A DNA stretch of 63,979 nucleotides, filler included, from Octopus bimaculoides (Eukaryota), in the NCBI RefSeq assembly GCF_001194135.2. It is 5 parts of 4 records of this genome, joined end to end, with 100 filler letters (N's around TTAATTAATTAA, not from the genome) between each part and the next. Parts side by side here need not be neighbours in the genome. Positions count along the whole stretch, not along the records: positions 1 to 21,755 come from NC_068982.1; 4 more parts are not named here. The stretch is one strand, 5' to 3'. The translations under genes and the position numbers were made by a program. Under the pieces are notes generated by a model. That model searched no databases, was not told where the DNA came from, and saw only the letters and a program-made list of their open reading frames with translations. This document shows, in pieces, positions 1 to 11,395 of the stretch (positions are counted from its first letter, which is position 1; each line of letters starts with the position of its first letter).

Positions 1-42
<42 letters not shown>

Positions 43-148
43 GCACATGCATATATATCTACAAATATACATATATATGTATATATACATTTATATATGC
101 ATATATATACATGTATACATGCATATATACATATTTACATGCATATAT
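1..148. repeat. (TA)n/(TACA)n compound microsatellite
   Basis: Direct sequence: near-pure TA/CA alternation. Confidence 0.95.
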
Positions 149-3100
149 GATGGTTGTCCACTCGTGACCGAGGAAGAAAATTGCCGACCTTCGGGAACAT
201 TGTGCGTTCTAGAACTAACTTATATTTTGCATTTGAGGCTCCGTTGGTGGCTAATGAGTTCTACCCTTGACAAGCATACACGACTGCAAACGTTGCAGAC
301 CACGATTTCCCCATTCACTATACGAACCGTGCGCTTTCCTGTAGCTCGATTGAGTTTTTCATGCTGGATACGTGCTCTCTAAAAAGTGTCCATACCCTCC
401 TTAACCTGGTCCCTTCATCTGTGGCGATGACAGGCATTGTTCTCTCAGTCAGTGTCCTGCACATCACAGGCCTTTAATGAGGACTTCACACAGTCCTTAA
501 ATCGCAGCCTTGGTTTCTGCTAGAGTCTCCTTCCATTCACAAGTTCCTCATATAGCATCTGCTTACGAATCCTGCTATCCTTCATTCTAATAAGGTGTCC
601 AGTCCAACGTAACCGGTGCTTGTGCACCATCGCCTCAATACTCAAGATATCAGCTGTCCTCAGGACCTGTGTGTCTGGAATTTTTGAGGTCCAGCTAACA
701 TTGAGAATGTATCTGATACATCTCTGATGAAAGCGTTCAAAGACCCTTACCTGACGTTTGTACAGAGTCCATGACTGACATGAGTACAGGAGTGATGTCA
801 GTACACAGTCACGGCACACGAAACTGAAGAGACAGGAAGGAATTAGTTGCTCTCTGAAACCTGAAAGATATTTCCTCATCCAGGGAGCAAGAACGGTTGC
901 CCAGGTAGACAAACGTGTCTACTACTTTCAGAATTGTTCCTTCAAGGAAGATATCTGGTTTCATATTTGGATTTCCCGGTGCAGGCTGGAAAATTAGAAC
1001 AGTCTTGTCCAGGCTAATGCTGAGTCCAAATGCCTTGCAAGAAGCAGAAATGCAATTCATGAGTATTTGCATGTCATCCACTATATGAGTGACTAAGTCA
1101 ACGTCATCTGCATAAAGGAGGTCATGAATAATAGTGTGGAGGACCTTTGAAATGGCAGTAAATCGGCGAAGATTAAAGAGGCCGCCAAAATATCGATATA
1201 TTCCCAGAGAGCTAACCTTAGCAAAAGCATGAGTAAAAGCAGCAGCAAAGTACAAAGAAAGGAGAGTTGGGGCAAGGATGTCACCCTGCTTGACACCATT
1301 CTGTTCAGGAATGGGTGCCGCCATGCCATCACCAACATTGACCCAAGCCTCCATCCCATCATGAAATGATTTAATTATAGATACAAAGTGATCCGGACAT
1401 TCACGTTTGACAAGTATTTTCCATAGAAAAGCCCTATTTACAGTGTCAAAGGCTTTTGTTAAATCAATGAATACCTGGACAAGATAAATATTCTGCTCAT
1501 AGCACTTCTCCTGCATCTGTCTTGCTGTGAAAATCATGTCCATTGTCGCTCTACCAGATCGGAAGCCACATTGAGATTCAGATAGGACATCATTTATGAG
1601 ACACCCATTCAGATGGGTAAGAATATTATTTGCCGGAACCTTGCCAGCAGTTGATAGTAGAGCAATAACTCTGTAGTTACCACACATTGTTCTGTCTCCT
1701 TTTCCTTTATATAGAGGAAGAATAATTGCATCCTTACAGTCCTTAGGGATTGCACCATCCCTCCAGACTGCACTAATAATTTCATGAAGGGACTGTGTGA
1801 TGTAATTACCACCAAATCGCAAGACCTCAGCACAAATTCCATCCTTTCCAGGTGCCCTACCAAGATTCAATTTACTTATTGAGGTCACTAATTCATCTAT
1901 TGAGGGCGAGAAGGCTAAGGAGACAATGATAGGTCTTTGTTGCATAGTATCAATCACTGTTTCATCTACAACTGACTCATGGTTTAGAAGTTCAGAGAAG
2001 TGTTCAATCCAGCGACTTGTGATTTCTGTTGATTTAGTAAACAGAGTGTAATACTCCTTGGAAAGCAAAGGAGCTGATGTGGAGCAGTTAGGTCCATAAG
2101 CTCGCTTCATAAGATGTTAAAGCTTCTTGCTGTCATTTGCATCAGCAGCAGCATGAAGATCACGAGCAAGATCCTCCCAACAGGTGTTCTGCATCTTCCT
2201 GACAGATCGCTGACATCCACCTGGTCTCGAAAATCTTCCCATGCTGCAGTATTGTCAATGCTGGACAGGCGAGTCTGAAGCTCTTTCCTAACCACAACAT
2301 CATATACCTGTGGACATTTAGATGCCGAGGAATGCCGACTGATCCTCTTCTCTCTTTCACGCTAATCACCATTCGGAACTTTGCTCGCACCAGACTGTGG
2401 TCTGTCCAGCATTCTGATGCATGAAAGGACTTGATATTACTAATGTCATAGATGTTGCGCTTGCGGATGATGACATAATCCAGCAAGTGCCAGACTTTGG
2501 ACCTTGGATGCATCCACGTTGTTGTGTGGTCAACTTTGTGCATAAAATGAGTGCTTGCGAACGAAAAGTCCATGCTCTTCGCAAAGCTCCAGTAGCATGA
2601 AACCATTGCTATTCATTTTCCCTACTCCAAAACGTCCTAGAGAGTTCCATGTTTGCCAGTCTGTTCCAACCCTGACATTAAAATCTCCCCAGTAGAATGA
2701 CTTTATCAGAATCTGGGATTTTTCTAAGTATGCTCTCAGTTGGGTATAAAACATTGTTTTATCTTCATCACAGCTAGGCAAAGTAGGTGCATAGGCACTT
2801 ATTAGAGTAGCAATCGGCTTACCTTTCAAGTGCAACCGTAGCGTCCTTATACGTTCATTCATAGGAACAGGGAGCTCTTCCAACTTCTTAAGGATATCAG
2901 ATCGGACTGCAAAACCAACACCAGCCTGTCTACGCTCCTGCTTCTGCCTTCCTTTCCAAAAAAAGATGTATCCAACTCCTACTTCCTGAAGCTGACCATC
3001 ATCTTCTATACGAGTCTCTGAGATTGCAGCTATATCAATGTTATAACGGTTCAGCTCACGAGCAACAAGTGCAGTGCGTCTTTCAGGCCTACAACCACTC

Positions 3101-4107
3101 TTGTTGTCCAACAGAGTGCGCACATTCCAACATGAAATGTTTAAGTTCCGTACAGATTTTATAAATAAAAGACTCTTTGTTTTTCGAGCGCAGGTTGGAC
3201 ATCCGTCAGTCGCGCTAAACTGACCAGATATGGAAAGACAGGCAATTTTTGGTTCACATTTTCTAGAACCTCCCCGACCTCCGGGTGAGCAGTGCCCTCT
3301 TCAAATGGAGATGCTCAGACACCTATGCAGCAACCTAATCCTACCGCTGTCTTGGGCGACAAGGAGACGACTTTATATCTAGCATGGGCCGCCTAGGTGC
3401 AGGTCGCTGACTACATGCTTCCAACCCGTAAGGTCTGCATGCTTCACTACCTTCCCATCGTCGCAGGACTTCCGAATAAATAAATAAATAAATAAATAAA
3501 TATATACTAAAAATAGGTTAAATATAAACTAAAAATAAGATAAATATATATAGGGAAAAAATCCATCCATATATCTAACAGAGGTCGGCAATGCCTGTGC
3601 AGAGTTTAGGTCCAATAAGGCTTGCACAACACCTCATAGACCCTCTTCACTTTATTCACATTATCCAAAGACACGCCAGAGCAAGATGTTTGGTGCCAAT
3701 ATGAGTCGCAGGCCAAGGGATGTGGGAGCCACGTGATCTCTAGCACAAACCAAAGATCTCCAAAATGTCCAATGCCATTTCCTGCATATCTGGATTTATA
3801 TCAGTGACCTTCTCCTAGAGACATGCTTCAGCAAAAGCTGAGGGGCGCCTCACTCCCAGTGATCTTTCAGCACGCCGGACACCATCCCGGAATTTCTGCA
3901 TACCAGTGCTATTGCTAGATAGCTGTTGAGCCTGCACTACAGCTTTCAACAGGTCTTGTTTTTAATCCTGGTGGGTTTCTAGTAACCCTCCTCACCGGGG
4001 TAGCCTGGTGGGGGTGCCAGTTTAGTCGCCGACAACCAGACCATGCAACAGGTTGTACTGGATTACATGTTACCAGTAGCACATATGAGAGCCTCATTAG
4101 TGACCTG
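149..4107 (-). mobile_element. Full-length but inactivated RTE-clade LINE (APE endonuclease + reverse transcriptase)
   Basis: Minus-strand frames give APE motifs (WNVRTLLD, IAAISETR, SAYAPT, GDFNVRVG, LLDYVI, TDHSLV) and RT motifs (QCGFRSGR, FIDLTKAFD, GVKQGD, YADD). A C-terminal CxxC...H follows. Candidate 12-bp TSD ACATGCATATAT at 137-148 and 4108-4119. Confidence 0.93.
520..3150 (-). pseudogene. RTE ORF (EN-RT) broken by frameshifts and stops
   Basis: ORF-track pieces 2530-3123, 2160-2606, 809-2110 and 520-912 are consecutive parts of one EN-RT polyprotein in different frames. Confidence 0.9.
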
Positions 4108-4173
4108 ACATGCATATATACCTACATATATACATACACATATACATATATGCACGAATACATACATACACAC

Positions 4174-4220
<47 letters not shown>

Positions 4221-5427
4221 NNNNNNNNNNNNNNNNNNNNNNNNNNNNNNNNNNNNNNNNNNNNNNNNNNNNNNNNNNNNNNNNNNNNNNNNNNNNNNNN
4301 NNNNNNNNNNNNNNNNNNNNNNNNNNNNNNNNNNNNNNNNNNNNNNNNNNNNNNNNNNNNNNNNNNNNNNNNNNNNNNNNNNNNNNNNNNNNNNNNNNNN
4401 NNNNNNNNNNNNNNNNNNNNNNNNNNNNNNNNNNNNNNNNNNNNNNNNNNNNNNNNNNNNNNNNNNNNNNNNNNNNNNNNNNNNNNNNNNNNNNNNNNNN
4501 NNNNNNNNNNNNNNNNNNNNNNNNNNNNNNNNNNNNNNNNNNNNNNNNNNNNNNNNNNNNNNNNNNNNNNNNNNNNNNNNNNNNNNNNNNNNNNNNNNNN
4601 NNNNNNNNNNNNNNNNNNNNNNNNNNNNNNNNNNNNNNNNNNNNNNNNNNNNNNNNNNNNNNNNNNNNNNNNNNNNNNNNNNNNNNNNNNNNNNNNNNNN
4701 NNNNNNNNNNNNNNNNNNNNNNNNNNNNNNNNNNNNNNNNNNNNNNNNNNNNNNNNNNNNNNNNNNNNNNNNNNNNNNNNNNNNNNNNNNNNNNNNNNNN
4801 NNNNNNNNNNNNNNNNNNNNNNNNNNNNNNNNNNNNNNNNNNNNNNNNNNNNNNNNNNNNNNNNNNNNNNNNNNNNNNNNNNNNNNNNNNNNNNNNNNNN
4901 NNNNNNNNNNNNNNNNNNNNNNNNNNNNNNNNNNNNNNNNNNNNNNNNNNNNNNNNNNNNNNNNNNNNNNNNNNNNNNNNNNNNNNNNNNNNNNNNNNNN
5001 NNNNNNNNNNNNNNNNNNNNNNNNNNNNTTTTCACTTACTTTTCTCTTCGTATATCCATCCAATCTTTTATCCATCCATCCATCCATCCATCCATCCATC
5101 CATCCATCTGTCCATAATACATACATACATACTTACACATATGAACACACACACTTGCATATTTATACATGCATTCACACATACATACATACATACATAC
5201 ATACATACATACTTACATACATACTTACATACGTATATATATATTGTTGTATTTGGGGATGGACATGTTGCCAGTTTAGCCAATAAACAAGAGCATACAA
5301 TATAAACAAAAAGAAGAAAGAAGAGGAAAAAAAAAGTTTAGATAAGTAGTCTAGAAGCCCAATCTGTCAAGAGCAAATAATTATTTACCATCAGGGCCGT
5401 AGTGCCGGTAGGTAAGAGTCTTCTATT

Positions 5428-5453
5428 ATATATATATAGATGTGTGTGTGTAT

Positions 5454-5537
<84 letters not shown>

Positions 5538-5560
5538 ACGTGTGTATATATATGTATATA
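5428..5560. repeat. (GT)n microsatellite
   Basis: Direct sequence. Confidence 0.95.
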
Positions 5561-5569
5561 TGTAACGTA

Positions 5570-5830
5570 TATAGAGTTAGCAATTATTGTAACCGTCTAA
5601 GGGATAAAATATCCGTATATACTATCGGTTCCTTTTATCTGTATTATCCCCAGGCCATGGTGTGCAGGTACACCATACAGGTAGAGTGCATGTAAGAACA
5701 GAATAAAAAAGAGTTTATCAGGAACCAACGCAAATAATTAGAAAATGGAGAAAACCATAGATTAACCAACACATCGATTGGACTACATTTATAGTTTATT
5801 TTTTAATACAAAACATGACATAACAAAATA
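5570..5830. repeat. Dispersed repeat homologous (opposite strand) to 32330-32700
   Basis: Shared blocks TTTATCAGG..AAATAA..AGAAAATGGAGAAAACC and GTTAGCA..TAACC..AAGGGATAA align with the reverse complement of 32460-32680. Confidence 0.6.
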
Positions 5831-6055
5831 GGTAACGTAAAATATCTTACTGATCGTTACTGATCGGATTGCCAAAATGCAGTCTATACATAAATGCGAG
5901 TATATAATTCTTCATCGTCATAGGGAATTCGAATTTAGGCAACGGATGTTCATCAGAGTGAAAAAGAAGAGCATACAATATAAATAAAAATAAGAAGGAA
6001 GAGGACAGAAAACATGGCTTAGACAAGTGGTCTAGAAGCCCAATATCTATATTGA

Positions 6056-6228
6056 AGGGGTTAAGTTGATTACATCGACCCAACTTCTGAACTACTGCTT
6101 ATTTTATCGACGCGGACGGATGAAAGGCAAAGTGGACCTCGGTGGAATTTGAACTCAAAACTTAAAGATGGCGGAAATTCCGGTAAGCACATTTCCCGGC
6201 ATGCCACCGATTCTGCCAGCACGCCGAC
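6056..6228 (-). mobile_element. tRNA-derived SINE, family A (GGCAGAATCG...GAGTTCAAATTCC...GACTTTGCCTTTCATCC)
   Basis: Reverse complement of the family consensus seen more than 10 times in the window, with a B-box-like GAGTTCAAATT. Confidence 0.85.
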
Positions 6229-6799
6229 TTCCACACACACACAAGCATACTTTTAAAAATGGCATATATCGTTAGAAACTATCAATTAATCATCACGAAA
6301 AATAACATTTTGTTCTGAACGAGTATGAAATTCAAGGAGGCTTATATTTGCACAAATACTATGAGTTTATTGTGAGATGCCCGAATGTCATTAGAACTTT
6401 TATTTACAACAAATATTAACTACATTTAAATATCAGATCGCGAGCAGCACTTTTCAATGTTAAAGGATTATGTACCGTTCCATAAGCTGTGTTTTCTTCG
6501 GATTAGGATTTCCCAATTATCTTTTACTATATACTTTTTTATCTTTCTTAATTTAACCTCATATTCCTTATACGTTCCTTTTCGATTGCGAATTCCTAAA
6601 TACCTTTTTATATTATATCCTTTACTCTCTCTTTCCAACTGTACTTCTATAAAATCTTTCTCACTATGCGACACTTTTAACTAAGATTACATCCTGAACT
6701 ATCGAATAGTTTCAGAAAACTTCTTAATTATCATTTATTTTATACGATATTCTGTTTGCATTTAAACTTACGCCTTCGGAAATGTTTTATATCTTTTAT

Positions 6800-7035
6800 C
6801 TATTACCTGTTTCAGTCATAACACAACAGCAGTGTTGGGGCAGCAACTTGAAGAATTTTAGTCAAACGAATGGACTCTATTATTATTATATAACGTCTTG
6901 TATTTATTCTGTCCATCTCTTTTGCCGAATTGCTAAGATACGGAGACGTAAACACAGCAACACCAGTTGTTATGCGGTAGTGGGAGAACAATCACAGACA
7001 TGAAGACAGACATTGATACATACACACACAGACAC
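6800..7035 (-). mobile_element. SINE family B, 3' half
   Basis: Matches the tail of the copies at 10993-11395 and 45730-46075. Confidence 0.7.
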
Positions 7036-7149
7036 GTCTTTTATCTGTTATCTTCTATGGGTTTCAGCCAAAGGTTGAGGCCATGCTGCTTCACCGCCTT
7101 CACTGCATCCGGGAATTTTTCCAGTATTGCGTCAGGTGAAGTAGCGAGT

Positions 7150-7830
7150 TGATGCTCTTCTTTGGGCCTCTTGCCGCGATGTGTGTTCATCCGGTATTAC
7201 AAATAAAAAAAAACTGTCTAGACGTTTTTAGAAGACTTCCATGTCTACACCTCGCAGATCCCTGATGTTCTGTGGTAGGGCATTAAAACGTTGTGGTCCC
7301 TTGAATCCCAAGTTGTTGCAATACTGGGATCGTAGCATTCATGGAGAAGATGAGAGTTTGATACTGTGCAGTGCCGTCCAGTTCGGAAATTTTAGATTTG
7401 CATTCCGAAATATGGAGCTAGACCCTCCATTATTTTCCATATGTATAGCGCTGCATATCTCTCACGTGTCTTCTCCAGGGAGTAGAGTCGCAGTTCCTTC
7501 AATCTCTCCCAGTAGCCCATGTGTTTTACTAGGTCTATCTTCTTTGTGTGGTGGCGGTGGATCACCTCTAGTTCCGCAATTAGTTTTACACTCTGTAGAG
7601 ACAACAGTTGGGAGAAGTACTCCAGACGACTGAGGACAAAGGTACTCCAAAGCAGAAGCATTGAGCCTCTGTCCCTGGTCCTGAAGGATCTAAGGCAACA
7701 ACCTGCCACCTGCCTGTATAGTGGTGTGATCTCAGCAATGTGCACATGGAAAGTTGCGTCGTTACTCATGTGGATTCGCAGGGCACGCACTAACTCTAAA
7801 TGTGGGATTACATTGCCTGCTGGTCCCATG
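7150..7830 (-). mobile_element. CR1-group LINE 3' fragment (post-RT C-terminus)
   Basis: FRTRDRGSMLLLWSTFVLSRLEY...YWERLKELRLYSLEKTRERYAALYIWKIMEGL. Same family as 55495-55860. Confidence 0.8.
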
Positions 7831-8689
7831 TAGTTCAGTTGTAAATTGTTTGTGGGCTGATATATATATATGAAACAAGGTTTGAAAATGCAATTTTAAA
7901 GATGTTTATTCACTTGACCGGTTTCACTGTTTTAGAAAAATTGTCAAAAGTAAAATGTAAATGTTTGTATAAGCTTTGTTGTGTTAAATACTGGTTGTCA
8001 CAAAAGTATTAAAATACATATATACATTCTTTGATAATAATTAGAAAATGTTGAAAACAGTTTACAAAAGTGTATTCAACAAAAGGTATTAGGAGTTCAA
8101 TAAAAATCATGTTTGTTTGGTAGTAAATATATACACAGAAGGAGGTATATTTACGTATTTACAAAAATTGGACAGGAAACTGTCTTTTTAACATGTTTTG
8201 TCTCTACATATATATGCACATATATGCGAAAAGTTTTGTTAACCGGTGTCGAGTTTAACAATTCTGTATATAATAATAATGGTATTTTTTACAAACTTAA
8301 AGCTTATAAGGGCCACCGTACAAATGACAAAGGAAAATAGTCTAATGATGGCGCATATAACCACCCTCCCTCGACAGAGAAAAGTAGGCTTTCTCGTATG
8401 CATGGGACTCGAACCCACATACCTTTGTTTGCGCGACTAAGTGTGTTGTCATATTTAAGAAATATATTAGGTCATAGTTACTTTTTTTTAAACCAAACTT
8501 TATGTACTTTCGGTACGAATGGTTTTGTTACAAGGTGTAGAGTTTTGCAATTATGTAAATGATAATAATGGTATTTTTTATAAGCCTAAAGCTTATAGCT
8601 TCACCGTGCAAATAACCAAGGAAATAGTCTAATAATGGGGACGCTATAGTCTTCATACCCATGCAAACATTAACACACAGATAAATGCA

Positions 8690-8830
8690 TATATCCGGCG
8701 GGCTTCTTTCAGTTTCTGTCTACCAAATGAACTTAGAAGGCTTCGGTTGTTCCGAAGCTATAGTAGAAGGCACTTCCCCAAGGTGCTACAAAGTGGGATT
8801 AAGCACGGAGGCGTGTTGTTCGGAAGCGAA
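8690..8830 (-). mobile_element. SINE family B, 5' half
   Basis: Contains GGGCTTCTTTCAGTTTCTGTCTACCAAAT, matching other copies. Confidence 0.7.
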
Positions 8831-8894
8831 CTTCTTATTTCTTCACTGCCCACAAGGGACTACACACAGAGGGGACAAACAAAGACAGACAAAC

Positions 8895-9065
8895 AAATTA
8901 AGTCAATTATATCGACCCCAGTGCGTAACTGGTACTTATTTAATCGACCCTAAAAGGATGAAAGGCAAAGTCAACATTGGCGGAATTTGAACTCAGAACG
9001 TAGCAGCAGACGAAATACCGCTAAGCATTTCGTCTGGCGTGCTAACGTTTCTGCCAGCTCGCGAA
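8895..9065 (-). mobile_element. SINE family A
   Basis: Close reverse-complement match to the family A consensus. Confidence 0.85.
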
Positions 9066-10025
9066 CTTCTTACCACACAACTACTACTGCATATACAACC
9101 CATCCAAAGACTAATGCCTCTATGTATGAAACTACTTATTCTATATACATATATAGACATTATATCGAGCTTTACATCAATAACAACTTGAAAGGTTCTG
9201 TTTTTTGTTGTTTAGCCTTATAACTGCCGTAAGTAGATGAATATGTGTAAAAATTATTTCCTCCATTGCCAGCCATCATTTTCTTCCTTTAGGCTCATTG
9301 AATCTTTTTGTTCTTATTTACAATAAAACAATAAGATTTGAGTGGTATTTACCTGTTGCATCTAGCAAGTGGGGATATATCGTATAGCAAGCGATGTTAT
9401 TACAAACAGTACACGAATAATTATCTTTGTACCAGTCGTAACAAACAAATGCCCAGCTTCGGTATTTAATTCGCAGTTTTCATTTTTTCTTTCAGTTGGA
9501 ATGTATCTTATTTTAATAGGAAATCATATATCCCCTTCACACATGTGAAACCGTACTCATACATTTACTCTCAAACACACACATTTTTTATAGTAAATGT
9601 GAGTTCAGAGAAAGAGAGGGAGAGAAGGAGAGAGAAAGAGAGAGTGAGAGTTTAATCTCCACGACATATAAGTTTATAACGAATGTTGCTGTCTATTGTA
9701 CATTCTTAGTTATACATTAAGACCTATAATAATATTTTATAGGAAAGAAAATACATGAAATAATCAATATGTATATTTATGTATCTACCCCTTGGTAAAA
9801 ATTCCATAGTATTCTGATATATTAATAATTTNNNNNNNNNNNNNNNNNNNNNNNNNNNNNNNNNNNNNNNNNNNNNNNNNNNNNNNNNNNNNNNNNNNNN
9901 NNNNNNNNNNNNNNNNNNNNNNNNNNNNNNNNNNNNNNNNNNNNNNNNNNNNNNNNNNNNNNNNNNNNNNNNNNNNNNNNNNNNNNNNNNNNNNNNNNNN
10001 NNNNNNNNNNNNNNNNNNNNNNNNN

Positions 10026-10057
<32 letters not shown>

Positions 10058-10992
10058 GTGCAGAAACACACACACACATACGTACATATATGCATATGTG
10101 TGATATAAACTATTTGAATAATATAGTTCTTCTAACCATATTTACATTTTTCAAACTGCATTGTAAACATATATTTTGATGCCGACTCAATAAATATATT
10201 TGCCTCTGGCCAAACACAGTTTTTGAGATGGTAATATATTTCGATATCCTGCAAACTAACTTCATTCAACTTAACGAAGTAAAAAAGAAAAGAAAATTTT
10301 TCATTACTGTATTACTTTAATATTTTTTTTATGTAAGTATTAGTCTGATAATGAAAAAGCTAAAATTACACTTCCAAAAGTGACAAATGATTGATTTACA
10401 TCACGGATAGAACAAATTCGTGCTCACAGATGAAAATTAAATATGTACGTAGAAAGAAAAACAATCTCCCCTTTGATCTTAAATTAATCTGTCCGTGCGT
10501 TTCAAACAAAATCACTGTTAAATTTTCCTTCAACTACAACTAGTAACTCATAAAATTAAAGCCTTACTTTATTTTCTGTTTTATTTTACTGTTTATGTTA
10601 GAGATATTCAACCTTTTTTACACGTGCGGGTCAGCACTGATCGATCCGATATATGGTGAAATCTGTTGCCCCACCACTATCGTGTCTATTTTATTGAATG
10701 CTAAGTTATATGATGGGGATTTGGTCGTTATTTTGTGCACTTAGTGTTAAGTGCTCTCATCCCGAGGTGATCGCACACTGCGGCAGTGGTCGTATTTGGC
10801 ATTTATGAAGTTACGTACCTTAATGCAAACACTTTTCAGATTAAAACTTTTAAACATTTTTCTATTAAGCTAAGCAACAATTTATTCAAATGAACTTATG
10901 TATCTTGTTCAATTTTAAAAAATGTAATAAATTGATTCTTCCATATTCAATTTCTTTTGCGAGGAGTATAATTCATCAAAACTTTTCTAGGT

Positions 10993-11164
10993 GCAGGCGT
11001 GTCTTTGTGGTAAGAAGCTTGATCTCAACCGCATGGTTAAGTGTCTTCTACTTTAGCCTCGCGCCAACCAAAGATTTGTGAAGCCCATTGTGCGTCCTAC
11101 AATACACACACACAAACACACACACACACGTAGATATAGATATAGATGTACATTTGTGTGCGTA

Positions 11165-11196
<32 letters not shown>

Positions 11197-11395
11197 TGTG
11201 TGTATGTGTGCATGTGTGGGTTTCTGTGTCTCTGTTTGTTCCCCACCACCGCTTGGCAAGCGGTGGTAGTCTGTTCACGTCCCCGTCAATTAGCATTTCA
11301 GCTGGCCAGATCGATAGAATCAGTACTAGGCTTGAAAAAACAAGTCCTAGGGTCCATTTGTTCGACTAAAAAGACTTCCAAATAAGAGATAAAAG
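10993..11395 (+). mobile_element. SINE family B (tRNA-like head, internal CA/GT microsatellite)
   Basis: Head GCAGGCGTG..TGTGGTAAGAAGCTTG and tail AGAATCAGTACTAGGCTT..AAGTCCTAGGGTC are shared with at least 5 other copies. Confidence 0.8.

Noticed and set aside
4097-5286. Long ORFs here and at 33073-34897, 36003-36856, 38118-39092, 45024-45906, 48692-49507 and 61578-62360
   Set aside because: They run through N gaps and microsatellites (X, YI, HT, CV repeats).
6468-6674. Purine-rich 68-aa minus-strand ORF
   Set aside because: No recognisable motif or splice signals. Possibly an old LINE relic but unassignable.
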